A DNA stretch of 60,000 nt, taken from contig CM075988.1 in NCBI GenBank assembly GCA_038087875.1, forward strand, positions 27,406,001 through 27,466,000, read 5' to 3'. This DNA is from Malacoraja senta. Its lineage: Eukaryota. Shown here in pieces: positions 1 through 14,230 of the stretch. The notes under the pieces were generated by a model. The model was not told the origin of the DNA. It made no database searches and was given only the letters and a program-made list of their open reading frames with translations. Numbering within the stretch: the first letter of the stretch is position 1; each line of letters begins with the position of its first letter. Position numbers and translations under genes: made by a program.

Positions 1-468
1 CACAACGCATGCAGGCAATTATCTATAAGTTCTACATCACCTAATGGGTGTAAGATGAGAGAGCAGGGCACCAACCACCATTTTGAACATTAGCTCCACT
101 CTAAATATCAGTTGCACCTTTGGCCCAAGGGTGACCAGACCTTTATATTGCCAATGATGATGAATGCAGTGAAGCTGAGGACATCTAAATTCTGCAACTT
201 GGATGGTAGTGGGGAAGTGAGAGCAGTGCCAGGAGTATTTTGATTGATAGAAGACTTAGATCTGATACCAGCACATGGTGGGGCATTGGGGACATCAAAG
301 AGGTAGGAGATGCCGTGGGGAGGTCGGTGAAGTGTCAATTCAAGAGGTCAAAGCCTGGCCCAAGACATTCTAAGATTCAAAAGACAGGGCCTCAGGAATT
401 TGCAAGGTTGGGAAGACAGACTGGATCTCAGGGGATAATGACAGATTGCACAAAGGGTGAAGGTATGT

Positions 469-533
469 AATTCACTAACTTGTGAGATTCACTAACTTGT
501 GGAATTCACTAAATGGGGTAATTCACTAACTTG
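469..533. repeat. Short tandem repeat, 4 x ATTCACTAA(CTTG)
   Basis: Read directly from the sequence. Confidence 0.75.
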
Positions 534-981
534 ATAGACATCTCCATCTGGCACTACACTGGGAAGTCCCAGATTTCGTAGCGATGGTCATTGACGGAAT
601 ATTCCAAAAAGCGCCTTGCACAACGAACGATCCCACATCAGGGGCACAGGAGTGCTTCACACTCAAAAGTCCCAGTCAATGATGGAATGATGCTAAATGA
701 ACCATCAGCGATCGTTACTAGATCTCATTCTGAAAAAGAAACACTTTTGATTTGCCAATGCTAAAGAAATTGTATTGTGGAGAGAGATATCCTGCCATTT
801 CTTTGCTGGCAGTCTCTGGACAAAAACAATGGTGGGTAGGGGGTGGGGAGGGGGAAGGGTGAAGTGGTTGGTGTGATATTCAAATTGATGGGATGCCAAG
901 AAGCAGCATTAAATCGGAACTGGTGTAAGTGCCATGTAGATGTTGATTCAATTTAACTCAATAGAACAGACTATTCAACAT

Positions 982-1162
982 TTGTAGGAAAGAACTGCTG
1001 ATGCTGGTTTATATCGAAGGTAGACATAAAATGCTGGAGTAACTCAATGGGACAGGTTGCGTCTGTGGAGAGAAGGAATGGGTGAGGTTTCGGGTTGAGA
1101 CCCTTCTTCAGACTGAAGATGCTGCCTGTCCCGCTGAGTTACTCCAGCATTTTGTGTCCACG
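982..1162. mobile_element. Fold-back Penelope-terminal-repeat element
   Basis: Inverted arms GACATAAAATGCTGGAGTAACTCA.. / ..TGAGTTACTCCAGCATTTTGTGTC. Degenerate hammerhead core. Flanks TATTCAACAT / TATTTAACAT. Confidence 0.7.
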
Positions 1163-3992
1163 TATTTAACATAGTGTATAATATGTGGCTGATGCAATAC
1201 CTCCAGTTTGCACTCAGCCTGAATCTCTACTTTTTATGTCCTCTCAAAAGGTTACAGTCTACCGGAAAGCTTCCACTATATAAAACATTGCTCAGGAAAT
1301 GTTATATAAATTAAAATGTGCTCTGGCCCTGTCAGAGGCTAAGAGACTTTGAAAGAACATTTCTGCAACAGAGCTTCTGCAAGCATTTTAAATGTCATTT
1401 TACACTAATCAGAATTGCTAAGCAGTGCCCATTTGTCACATGAGGAGCTAAAAAACAAGCCAGAGGTACCAGCGGTGACATGTTGAGTCTATAATTACCC
1501 AGTCTTGTCCTCGCTGCAGAGATGCCTGATTTGAATATCCTGCCTTCACTGACATTTTAATGGGATAATATCACTACAGGCTTGACTTCTCTAAGTGAGT
1601 TTACAATCCATCAGAATTCTTCAAGTGGCTAACTTCTGTGCAAAGGTCATCATTGGGAGAATTAATTTAGCCTCCAGAAAACTGAACGTTTGACCTTCAA
1701 AGAAATGCATCACCATGTAGTTCTGCTGTTGCAGTGGAAGATGCAGATATTTTAACGGAGTAGTGATAAAAGGCATGACTTTTTTCTAACCCAGGCTCCT
1801 TCCTCCAGGAATTACAGATTTCATTTGAAGCCAAATCAGATTAATTTAAGAAAGTAGCAAATCAGGCAATGAGGTAAGAATATGAATGAATCTCTGCGAC
1901 CATTTAAAAAAATAATTTATGGATTCATGGATTGTAGACATTACTAGCAATTCAGCATTTATTGCCATTCTAATTTGCCATTAATAACCGTCAACCAGAT
2001 CAGTGGGTCGCATAAAGGCTAGAATCTGGTAAGAACAGCAGTTTGCCTTCCCTAAAGGGCATTAGTGAAACAGATTTTATTTTTTTTATTGCTGAAACTA
2101 GCTTCTTTTAATTTAATATTTCTATTGAATTATTCTTAATTCAAGTTCCACATCTGCCGTAGAAAGCATTTGAATTTATGTTTCTGAATCGACACTTCAA
2201 AACCTTGGCTCCTTGCACAGTACATGCACAATAGAATTGGAATATATTCGATCCTCCCCAGATGACATTGCAAATCGTGATTGTCACTCTGTACACCTCA
2301 CAATAGTCAGTAGAAGTTCAACTTCCTTTGTCTATCAATTTATTCACTCACATGTAAAAGGAGTTACAGGGTTCCTAAACTTCACCACTCATACAGCAAT
2401 TAATACACCCTTAATATGTAATGAATCAACAAATTCTAAGGTTATATATCATAGAGGAGCATTTTCTTGTGCAATCTCTAAATATTTAACTATTACATTT
2501 TTCCAAACCAAAAATGAGACCTTGTTCAATCAGTGTCCAATCAAATGATTCCAACCTGAAATGTTGCCTATCTATGTTCTGCAGAGATGCTGCCTGACCC
2601 ACTGAGTTACTCCAGCACTTTGTGTCCATCTTTGGTATAAACCAGCATCTACAGTTTCTTGTTAATACATTGTTAAAACAAAATATTCCTTTGATTCAGC
2701 CAATCAGTCAGTGGCACACATGTTCAAAGGTCATTTATACCCAGTACCCAACAACTGCAGCACAGTGGTGCAGCGGTAGAGTTGCTACCTTACAGCGCCA
2801 GAGAACTGGGTTCGGTCCTGTCTACGAGTGCTGTCTGTATGGAATTTGCACATTCTCCCTGTGACCGAGCGGGTTTTCTCTGGGTGCTCAACATTGACAC
2901 TTAATGGATCCAAATCTCAGTCTATGCAATCTCACCTCTTTAATCCATGTGATTGATTCCTGTCCCTCTGCAGAGGCCTGAACACATTATCTGGAATACC
3001 CTCTCAGTGTAGTGCTGCAGGTACTGGCAGTGGCAACGTTTTGGTGTGGTGTTTGACCAAATACCTTTTTTGTATGCTGTTTCATACTTGCTTTTTATTT
3101 TTTATTCTGTTCGAAATAAAGAAATATTATTATTAATATTATATACCTATCTGCCTTCTGAAGCAGAAGAGGGGAGTACTCCCCAGTGCTCTGACCAATA
3201 TTTATCCCTCATCTAACAAATGTTCTGGCCATTATATTATTGCTTGTGGGATTTTGAAAAACCTGGCTGCTGATTTTCTGCAAGAGTTACTGTATTTTCA
3301 AATGTCTTACCTTTTAGGTGATTTATACCTGATTTAACTTCCATCAGAATCTTCACCACAAATAGCAATTCTGCAGTCACTTGTGAAGGTACAATTAAAG
3401 AGACTTTCTCATGTACTGTAAACTCAGACTGAGTTAATGATGTTTGTAAAATATGAGGCATTTTGTAAATGTATAATTTTGCTTTAGGCATTATTTTATT
3501 TTTGTCACAAGAACAGCTTTGTTTTGCATGCTATCCAGTCAAATTATATCATTCATACACAACTACAATCATACACAACTACAACACCTAGTGCAAGAAG
3601 AAGAAACAACCAGAGTGCAAAGTATATTGCTGCAGCGTTACAGTGATACAGCTGCAGAGAAAGTGCAAACAAAAAAATAAAAAGTGCAAGGGCCACAATG
3701 AGGTAGGTTGGGAGATCAGCACTACACACTTAGCTTATGAAAGGTCCATTCAGTGGTCTGATAAGACCAGACAAGAATTAGTTTCTGAATTCGGGTGGAA
3801 TGTGCTTTCAAGCTTTTATATCTTCTGCCTGATGCCTGATGGGAGTGGGGAGAAGGGGGAATGACCAAGATGTAAGTGAACTTTGTTGTAGAGATGATAA
3901 TTTAGAAAGCTTCTGCTTTGAAAGACATCCTCAGTTCTTCAAGGATCTTTACAGGTTGAATGGAAATGATGGAAATGAAGAGATCCAAGGTG

Positions 3993-4088
3993 AAGGTAGA
4001 CACAAAATGCTGGAGTAATTCAGCAGGACAGGCAGCATCTCTGGAGAGAAGGAATGGGTGACGGTTCGGGTCGAGACCTTTCTTCAGC
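3993..4088 (-). mobile_element. Short Penelope-derived element (hammerhead core mutated)
   Basis: GTAGACACAAAATGCTGGAG...GACGGTTCGGGTCGAGACCTTTCTTCAG. Similar copies lie at ~20730-20823, ~39965-40045 and ~47535-47705. Confidence 0.7.
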
Positions 4089-4523
4089 TGCAAGATGACA
4101 TGGGTTGGCATGCTACAGTGCCAGCCAGCATCTGACCCCATTTTTAACACTAAGATTTGGATACATCAAATCATTTTGAGGACATTTTCCATCTCTACAC
4201 TAATCCATAAATCATGATCCATTACTTACCAAAGGAGGTCAATATAACACCTGCCCCATGCTGTCCCTGCACTTGAGAATGTTGTTAACTCACCTCTAAT
4301 GTCCTTCCAATATGTGGAACCACCTCACATCTGCCATTCTGTGGATCCAATTACTGAAAAGATGGGTATCCATGTATTTTAAATGTGCTAGGAATGCAGG
4401 GTCTTGACCTAAAATGCCGATTATTCCCTTGCCTCCACAGATACTGTTTGACCTGTTGAGTTCCGCCAGCAGTTTGCTTTCTTGCTCCAGATTCCAGCAT
4501 CTGCAACCTCTTTACATTTTTTT

Positions 4524-4815
4524 TTAGATACATTGCAGAAACAGGACCTTCGGCCCACCGAGTCCTCGCCAACCAGTGATCCCCGCACATTAACACTATC
4601 CTACTCACAAGGGAGAATTTACAATTTTACCAAGCCAATTAGCCTACAAACCAGTACATCTTTGGAGTGTGGGAAGAAACTGGAGCACCCGGAGAAAACC
4701 CACGCAGGTCACAGGGAGAATGTACAAACTCCATACAGACAGCACCCGTAGTCAGGATCGAACCCGGGTCTCTGGCGCTCTAAGGCAGCAGCTCTACCGC
4801 TGAGTCACCATGCCA
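4524..4815 (-). mobile_element. HE1-type SINE
   Basis: Full-length reverse-strand copy of the same consensus. Confidence 0.85.
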
Positions 4816-5629
4816 CACATTTTTGGTCTGTTGTATCTCCAGAGATTATTGGTGAGCATCTTGACCGGTGCCGCCAAAACAGGCAACACTTGTTCCTACT
4901 CAACTTGGCACCCTTGACTCAAACATAATTCCTGCTTGTTAATTATCTTCCATGTAATTATTGTTGGTTTGGAATTTTTCTCCTAGCATTTAATGAGGTA
5001 AATTTCTATCCCTTGTCTTTAGGTTTACTCCCGATTTATATTAATGAACACAATAAAAGGTTCTGCGACAACAACGAGAAGACAATATGCAAAGTAGAAT
5101 CATTAACAAATGTTTCTCAGCAGATTTAATTTCAAATGTGCTTCATGCTTCCTGTGGCAATAAAGTCAGAAAGTAATTTCTGGATAATTACTGAAATCCA
5201 TTAACAAAGTATCTCAGTGTAAATGTGGAATTAAAGGTCAACAAACTGATTCCGCTTCTGAAAACAATTATGCAACAATACTAGTTGCATTTGTGAATAT
5301 AAATTACCCCACAACCACCAGGGACCAGCTCCCCTCAAACACATCAGTTATCACAGCATGCAATAACCAGACAACTCGGTTCCTATTTTAGCCAGTAAAA
5401 AATAATAACTTTGTTTTTATGTCCAGTTTTAGTAGAAACTTAGTAGAAATTTAAATGAGTGAACTAAAAAAATCATTAAATAGTTTCAGCGGAGAAGTAG
5501 GCCATTTGGCCCATCAAGCCATGTATTCCTCTGCAAATATTTTATTGAGTGAAAAATATTTGCACTTATCCGCAGTAGAACTCTGATAATCTCTCACCTT
5601 AGGGAGTTTGAAGCCCTTTGTGGAGGCAA

Positions 5630-5944
5630 GGGCAGTATGGTGGTGCAGCAGTAGAGTTGCTGCCTTACAGCGCCAGAAACACGGGTTTGACCCTGGTTGT
5701 TGTCTGCACGGAGTTTGTACATTTTCCACATGACCTGCGTGGGTTTTCTCCAGCTGCTCCGGCTTCCTCCCACACTCCAAAGACATACAGGTTTGTAGGT
5801 TAATTGGCTTTGGTAAAATTGTAAATTGTCCCTAGTGTGTGATGGATAGTTTAAGTGTACAGGGGTCACTGGTCGGCGCAGACATGGTGGGACGAATGGC
5901 CTATTTCTGCGTTGTATCTATAAACTCTATTAAACTAAACTAAA
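5630..5944 (+). mobile_element. HE1-type tRNA-derived V-SINE
   Basis: A/B-box head (TGGTGCAGCAGTAG..GGGTTTGACCC), V-domain (CTGCGTGGGTTTTCTCC..CTCCGGCTTCCTCCCACACTCCAAAGAC), CR1-like tail with (TAAAC)n. Confidence 0.85.
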
Positions 5945-7559
5945 AGGGGTTGGTCAATGTTTTGAATCAAGACCAGGCATCTCTGGAGGTCTTGGCACAT
6001 TTCCCTGAGAAAGACTTGACCAACTATTTTCTCAGTTATTGTATCCACAGAACGGCAGATGTGAGGTTGTTCCACATGTTGGATAGATATATAAATTGTA
6101 CTTAATAACAACATCAAGTGCAGGGACTGTATTAGGCAGTTGGCAGATTTTCTGTACAGTAGGATTGTTTTTCTATTAATACCCCAACTCACTTTTAATT
6201 CTTTTTTTATATTTAATATTAGTAGAATATATATTTTTAAAGAGCCAGTTATGTTAAATCATCTTTCAAGAAAGGAGAGAGGTCACATTAATTAAAAACA
6301 AGCCTCCTAATATGCAGTAAACAAAGCAATGTTTTTGCACACTAAATATACATGCAATGCAACATTTAGGAGCATATTTCTTGAGCCAATTGCTGCAATT
6401 AATGGCCCTATAGTTTATATAGCAAACCTTCATAAGCCATGTAGATTGTGGAAGAGCTATGGAGTTTTAAAGAAATGATCAGAACTCCACCAGTTAGGTA
6501 AAAGTGAGCAAAGAAAGTTATTGAATCGAAAAAAAAGATGAGATATAAAAAGGGAAAAAGAAGAGTAAGAGTAGACGGAAAAAGGAGGGAAGAAAACCTT
6601 TATGCCATTTGGTCCTTTTTTCACAGAAGGAGGCAATTCAGCCCATCGGGTCCATGCTGGCTCACGGGGCAATCCCACTTCTCCTTTCCTTATTTCTCTA
6701 CAGCCTTGCAACTTATTATTTCCGTCACACATGACGATCCATTACGCTTTCATTCTCTTTTGCCATTAATCCACAGTAAGGGGTCGTTTGCAGCAGCCAA
6801 TAAAGCCCATCTTTGGTACATGAATGAAACAAATGGGGTTACGGAGAGAATGTGAAAACTGCGGACAGACACCATCCAGGGTAAGGGTCAAATCTGGTCC
6901 CTCGATCTGTGAAGCAGCAGTAGAAAATATGTCACTTTGTTGCAAATAGGCACAGTTACAAATGTCGGGCCAACACAACACCAACTTATACTGGCCCAAA
7001 CTACTCAGCTAATAAAGACATTAAGTACATTTGAATTCTAACCAACTTTGTTGTAGTGGGTTGAGGAGCAGAGGTCAAGATGTGGTATAGTGGAGAGCTT
7101 GACTGAGAGACCATAATGCAGGTGTCCTATGGTGTGTTCAGGGAGAGAAGAAATCTCCCATAAAGTAGAAGGACAAAAACTTGCCTAATATTGATTATTT
7201 GTATCCTGAACACTCTTTAGGTGAAGCACAGTTCAAAAACGTTATTCATATTCATTAGAAACAGAGACAGTATTTCCATTTGGCACAGGGTCAGGCCAGC
7301 TCTTATGTTAGTCTCAGTGCAAGTACAACTCAATCCAGGCAAGGTGCAGGAAATGACTGAACAAACGTTGCATACCTTCTGAGTAAATGCAGGGAGGAAG
7401 GAAAGGGAGAAGAGATTACGCTGCATAGCTTGCACTGAACTCTCCAGGTGCTCGGAAACCACTCAGCTAAAGTTAATAATGGATGGTGAGTAAAGGACGT
7501 CAATAACCAAAGGAAATGCAACTCATGAAGAACACACAAATATTTTATTGCCTTGAATC

Positions 7560-7747
7560 GACACAAAATGCTGGAGTATCCCAACAGGTCAGGCTGCATC
7601 TCTGAGGAAAAGGAATAGGTGATGTTTCAGGTCAGAACCCTTCTTCACTTGGGTCTAAAAAGGGGTTCCGACCTGAAACATCACCTATTCCTTTTCTCCA
7701 GAGATGCTCGCTGCCTGACCCGCTGAGTTACTCCAGCATTTTGTGTC
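7560..7747. mobile_element. Palindromic (head-to-head) Penelope-terminal-repeat element
   Basis: ~85-bp inverted arms, each with a degenerate hammerhead core. Confidence 0.75.
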
Positions 7748-10589
7748 TGTCTTGTTCTGACCACAAGTCAATGATATGAAACGTCAACTTTGCTTTTCTC
7801 CCAAGAAATGTGGCCTGACTTGCTGAATATTTCCACAATTTTCTATTTTTTTAATTTCCAACAGTCACACTATTTCGTTGCCTCTTCAATAATTCCATCA
7901 CCACAATATAACATTTGAATTTAAGTTCATTTATGACTTTGCCATTGACTTCCACAAGAAAACTTAACAACCCGTGAAATTGAAATGTTTAGAGTTGATT
8001 AGATTAACAATGTAATGAATAGTCTATTGCAATAGTCTATTGCAACAAATTGCAATATCCAAGAAACAGAGTGGCAAAATGACCAAGGACTGTAATCGCA
8101 GCATAGTTGATTTTGATCGCAGTTGAGTTAAGTCCTTGGGATTCAGCATAAAAAGGTTTGGGAAGGTTTTGGGAGGGAGGCCAAAGTGGTTGTTACCTAC
8201 AGAGGTAAAAACCTACACAGAGCTGCAGGGAAACACAATGCCTGTCCTTTTTAACTATGTACCTTGGGCTCCCCACAGCCTGAGTTCAGTGACAATCGCC
8301 TCTTCCCCATCTTGTCCAAACTATTGGGATGAGCCCAGAATATCTTTCAGAACCAGCTAATGCAATTACCATCAACCAGATGACCATGACCAGATGTCTT
8401 AGATGACAACCAACCTTCTGAGTCAACCAACTTTCATCAACAGTGCACCCTGTTAACATCCTGTTCCATCTGGTCATGGTCACCAAGAAGACAGGTTGGT
8501 CAGTCAGCTGCGCCATGTTCCTTAAAGACAATCAGCCCACTGATTTTGATTTAGCATTTGAGGCAAAACTGCAAGTGATGGTTTATTTTGAAGAGTTTCT
8601 TCTGGTGGAGTGGTCACGTTACTCTAACATTCCAAAAATGAGAAAGAACATTATTTTATTGACTTAGCATAAATGTAAAAAATATTGCATTCCCAAAATT
8701 CCCTGAGGCCCCGTGATCACTGTGCAATATTAATCTATCAGTACTTAGTATATTTACACAAAGCTCTTCTGTCAATTTTGACAAGGTGTACGATATATTT
8801 GTACATTGCGCTGGCATCACAAAATTCTAAGAAAAAAATTATTTAAGTAGGAGTGCATATTACTATTTGCAGCGTTAATTGCTCGTTCATGGTTGAAGTG
8901 GCACAGGTCAGCAAACAGTGCTGGTAGGAATAAGTGGAGGTTATTGAGACAAAGAATGGCAGGTTATCAATCAATACTGCGAGCCTACACACTGAATAGA
9001 AGCAACCTCGAGTAATCACTTAATGCCTTATTCCGCACATGACATAACAGTGTAACCCAATTTGACTCAAATAAAGAAGTCTGTGTCACAGAAACAATTA
9101 CAATTTATAATAGCTGTGGATTATCGAAACTGGCAACAGCACATAACTTCAGTCATTTGATAAATTTTTGAAGAAATTTCTAAAATCTAACATTAGAGAC
9201 AGCAAGACTGAACACTCTTGCCCAAAAATAACAGTGCATCCATTTTAGTGGCGTTAAAATAAGGATGCGGTTAGTATTAATGCTCCAATGAGCGACCTGC
9301 AAAATAAAATTGGTTAGAACGATATCCAAGTTGTTGTTGCCCAGAAAAACTAAAACAAGACCCTCATGGTTCCTGGTGGGATGTGCTTTAATTGAATACA
9401 GCCACAGACACTTTGTGTCCTTGGGCTAAGGCACAAAGAATAAAAGAAAGGCTCCTCTTATTGGAAGAAAACTCCCACAACTTTAACCTTATGAGCACAG
9501 GAGACACAGAGCCTCAAATCATCCAAGAACAGAGACCACAGGAGCTGTGCCAGGTATGCTACTAACAATGTTTGAATGGGATGACCACCTTCTTTTTGAT
9601 TTGATCTGATCTACAGTAGACTCCCTCGTTACCACATATGCACCATATATCATCACAAAGACATTTTGAACACAGCCTATAGAATGCAACTATCTTTTAT
9701 TCTGTCTATGCAGGAAAGCAAAGCGGTTCCCCCTCTGTTCAGCCTCATTAGGAGCGAAAAGAGTCGGAGGAACAGGAGGGACGAGGGAGAGGTGGAGGGG
9801 ATGATGTTATCACTGGGAGAGACATCAGGCTCTAACGGGCTACACCCTGGTAGCAGATGAAGGAAACTAGTACAGTGGTTCACAGGAGATGGAGTCCATG
9901 CATCCATATTGCCCAGGAGTACTCGGGTGAGGTCCCTGATGGGCATCTTTTCCTAAAGATGGAGATGCATGTTTTGATGGTCAGTGCATTGTTATACTTT
10001 AGTGACAAAATGCATGGAGGATTCCATCTGCAAGGTCTTGCACGGGATTGTGTGGAATCAGCAAACTCCATCGTCCATTCTTGAACCTCTGCACATATTT
10101 TGGAAGAGCCGGATTGGAATCCTGGCATGGACTCAGTGGGCCTAAGAGGCTGTTTCCGCGCTGTATCTTTAAACTAAACTAAACTAAATCAGAAAGGTAC
10201 AAGGTAGAGAATAGCAGGCAGGGAGTGGTGTTCAGGGATGCTCTTATGTTTTGTGGTGGTTGAGGTCACAGGCTAAACATTTTTGTGGCTGTAGCCCTGG
10301 TGAATGATGAGGGAGGTGTAGAATGGTGATGTTGAATGGAGTATTTTTGTAGGGTGATGGATGGAATGCCAAGTAAGCCGTTTTTGCAGATTATTGGTGG
10401 GGTTGGAAATGTTATGACAGTGGACTGTAATGTTAACAACAAACCCACCCCCCACCCTTTCTACCTCCCCCCTCCCTCCTCTAAGCCATATCTGGACTAG
10501 CACCTATTTCTCCCCTCCCTCTCCACCTACATTCCTTCCTCTAACTTCACAATTCACAACTCTTCAATCCTTTTGTCTCACACATGATC

Positions 10590-10955
10590 ATAGAATCAGA
10601 ATGATACGGCATGGAAAACCCCTTCGGCGCAACGTCCACATGTGGCTAACATGTCCCAGCTACACTAGTCCCACTTGCCCGCATTTGGCCCATATCCCTC
10701 CAAACCTATCCTATCAAATATCTGTCTAACTGTTTAGTAAACGTTGGGATAGTCCCTGTCTCAACTACCTCCTCGTGCAGCTTGTTCCATACACCCACCA
10801 CCCTTTGTGTGAAAAAGTCACTTTTCCCTTTCACCTTAAACCTATGTCCTCTGGTCCATCGATTCCACTACTCCGGTCAAGAGACTCTATGAATCTACCC
10901 GATCTATTCCTCTCATGATTTTATACACCTATATAAGATCACTCCTCATCCTCCT
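10590..10955 (-). mobile_element. CR1 LINE 3' fragment
   Basis: Reverse complement of the CR1 tail seen at 25415-25820. Confidence 0.7.
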
Positions 10956-11793
10956 ATCTTTTCATCTCTGGCATGTAATTTACTGTATATATGTTATGTT
11001 TTTATTTGCAAGCAAGATTTTCATTGTGCAACTGACATCAAAAACTCAACTCGACTTGACTTGACCTGTCAGTGACGGTTGGTGGTCTGTGAAATCAAAA
11101 GAATCATTGTAGGGGGAACTGATGAAATTCCTACACACCATTGTTAATTGCCAGAATATTCATAACAGGGTCTACGGGAATTTTCTGCCTGTCATCCAAA
11201 ACATAACTAATGACAGCAATTGAAAACGTGAAGCATCACAGGCAAGTTTTAAATACTCTCATTGTGGTGTATTGAACAAAAAAATAATTGTTGCCTAGGC
11301 CCCATAGCAGAAGCGTCCACGTCGCGGGGCTGGAAACTGGAAGTATCCTGAGCTAATTCTGCTACCACCATCATCTATTGCGACAAGTGATGGCTTCCAC
11401 TGATTGTCGCCGGAAGCTTGTGTCCTTTTCAAGACGGACGATGACAGCAAAGCCAACATTTGTAACAAGATGGACACAAAAAGAAGAAGAAGATTGTTGC
11501 CTACACTGTTATTTTGATGTGCATACAATGCTCTCATAAAAAAGGTGCAAGGAATAGTGCCATCCTGACAACATTCTCTATTTTCATTTCAACCCAGGGG
11601 TTTCCATCAGCCACACACTATTACATTTTCATCTTCAGACGCTGAATGACCTGCAATGAGCTTCTATTTATATTCAACCATTAAGTGTCTCTGTGATTCT
11701 CACTACAGCACATCTGTTGGGAGGAGAATAACTGGTAACACTCCACAAATGCAATCTCCATCTCCTTCACTTATAGATATCTGCAGTTTCAAA

Positions 11794-11909
11794 GAACTGC
11801 AGATGCCGGTTTATACCAGACACAGTTAGTTCCAACCCGAAAGGTCACTGATCATTTTCCTCCAGAGATGCTGCCTGACCTGCTGAGTTACTGCAGCACT
11901 TTGTGTCTG
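11794..11909. mobile_element. Short Penelope-derived insertion
   Basis: 14-bp TSD TCTGCAGTTTCAAA (11780-11793, 11910-11923). Family tail GATGCTGCCTGACCTGCTGAGTTACT. Confidence 0.7.
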
Positions 11910-13433
11910 TCTGCAGTTTCAAAAACTGAGTGGAGTTTTTCTTTCATTTCTTTCATTTTCCAGAAACCTGTTTGTTTTTGTTTAACTCTCAGATTCTCAC
12001 ACTCAGTAACATCTTAACCATTGTTCAGAGTATTACCTGACCCCAAATATAATATAGTCAGGGGTGTAAGTAACACATTTCTTTCCAGCACGATTGTCTC
12101 GCTAACGTTGCCAATTTAAGCCTTTTATACTCATTGCGTTAGTTTTTTTTAAATCAGTACATTGTATTGGCCTGTAGCCATTTATTGTCGCCTCTGAATA
12201 TAGCTAATGGGTCTTCAATTGGTTTGCAGTATCTTTTATGGGTTGCACCAAAAATAAGTGTGCTGCAGTATTGTAACGCATGTAAAATTTCAATCAGGAC
12301 TGCAGAAGGAATCTACATGCCACAGAGATCTGCATATTCTGCATCGTTGTAGGTTCAATCGTCTTTGAGAATTAATTTGGCTTCTTAAGCTTTTGCAGCA
12401 CATGCCTGTCTTCAGAGGTCTGGCCCTTGAGATTTGCTATTGTTACGACCCTCAAGAATAATCAGAGAACATTTATTGAGCATTATTCTAAATGGTTGAA
12501 TGGTAATTAGTTTCTGAATGTTAATTGCAATAGAATTAGCTAATGTATGCCCACAATACTGCCAGGCTTCTGGGCTGATGGAAATTAATTTGTTTGTCTC
12601 CTATCTTTCCGTATTATGTATGTTGCTGATTTATATTGCATTTTGTACGATTGTAAATAATTGCATCAAAAGACATACTTAAAAATTATGTAAAGTGATA
12701 ACATTGTCCAGTAATTAATTAATTTTATAAATCAATGTAACAGAATATCCTGGTTGATTCTTTAATGTTGTTGTGAATGGATTATAAGATTTTGAAATAT
12801 GTAACCATTCACAATTTTCTTTTCACATATTTATGCTCCGAAAGCAGCCATATGATACACAGAATATTCCACAAAATCAGTGCATAATATTCACTTGACA
12901 GAAATAAAATTAAATTTATATTCATCATGATCATTACCTTATTTATTATATTTCAAAACATTTGTTGTGTCATCGAATTTTCCAATGCAAATTGTTGGTA
13001 ATTTCAAACCTCCATTTAAAAAAAATCCAAACTAATACAATAGCAGTAAATTAAAATGCTGCTTGAGTTCTTCTGAGCTACCAAGTGGTTAATAAAACTA
13101 TGCTAACATTTCCAATCCAGCTGAGCGAATTTTTTAAATGTCTTTGTTCCTCGGATGTGGATATCAATGACAATGCCAGCATTTACTGTCCAGTATTGTT
13201 TGCCCCTGGGATAAGGAAGCAGCAGAGAATCACCACATTCCTCCAACTGTGTTGTTTAAAGAGAAACCCAGACTAATGACACACATTTAACTACTTATTG
13301 TGGAAGTATTTTGAGAGAAATTGACCCACATAAGTTTCAGGGCAATATATTTTACTGGAATTCTGAGACATTTATTTTAAACAACCATTACAACAGTGGG
13401 TGGTACAAATATGGAACAAGCTTTTAGATTTAA

Positions 13434-13738
13434 GGGCCTGTCCCACTATACGAGTTTACCCAAGAGCTCTCCCGAGTAAAAAAAAAAATCTAACTCGTGG
13501 TAAGTACGTAGAATGTACCTAGCGGGTACATCGGAGCTCGGGACGTCTCTTAGCGGCTCGTAACGCTAACGGCAGGTACTTGGGAAACGCGGTAAGCTCG
13601 TGAAGTTTTTTCAACATGTTGAAAAATGTCCACGAGAGCCCCGAGTACCTACGAGCGGCTATTACCGTAATTCTCCGAGTTCGAATCAGGGGAAACTCGG
13701 GAGAACTCTTGAATTACCTCGTACAGTGGGACAGGCCC
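13434..13738. mobile_element. MITE with GGGCCTGTCCCACT TIRs
   Basis: TIR GGGCCTGTCCCACT(A/G)TACGAG with longer imperfect arms. Flanked by TTAA on both sides. Superfamily uncertain (Kolobok or PIF/Harbinger-like). Confidence 0.85.
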
Positions 13739-13741
13739 TTA

Positions 13742-14230
13742 AGTAGTTGAGGCACGTACAATGACTTTTAAAATATATTTGGACAGGTACATGGATAGGG
13801 CAAATAGGGCCAGCATGGATGGGCATTGTGGTCAGCATAGATGAAGTTGGGCTGAAAGGTATGTTTCTGTACCATATGACTCTGGACTATCAGAAAGGCT
13901 TGGATAGAGTGGATGTGGAGAGGATGTTACCACTAGTGGGAGAGTCTAGGACCAGAGGTTATAGCCACAGGATTAATGGACGTTCTTTTAGGAAGGAGAC
14001 GAGGCAAATGTATTTATTCAGAGGGTGGTGAATCTGTGGAATTCTTTGTGGAAGTCAGTGGATATTTTTAAGGCAGAGATAGATAGATTCTTGATTAGTA
14101 CAGGTGTCAGAGATTATGGGGAGAAGGCAAGAGAATGGGGTTAGGAGGGAGAGATAGATCAGTCATGGTTGAATGGCGGAGTAGACTTGATCGGCCGAAT
14201 GGCCTAATTCTATTATCACATGATCTTATG
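13742..14230 (+). mobile_element. Two CR1 3' fragments
   Basis: KGLDRVDVERMLPLVGESRTRG peptide and CR1 tails (GGCCGAATGGCCT). Confidence 0.7.

Noticed and set aside
5630..5700. tRNA-like sequences at SINE heads
   Set aside because: They continue into V-domain and CR1 tails, so they are SINEs, not tRNA genes.
9666..10128. Overlapping ORFs after an acceptor-like ttttattctgtctatgcag
   Set aside because: No recognisable protein, early stops and no partner exons. Probably a decayed transposon.
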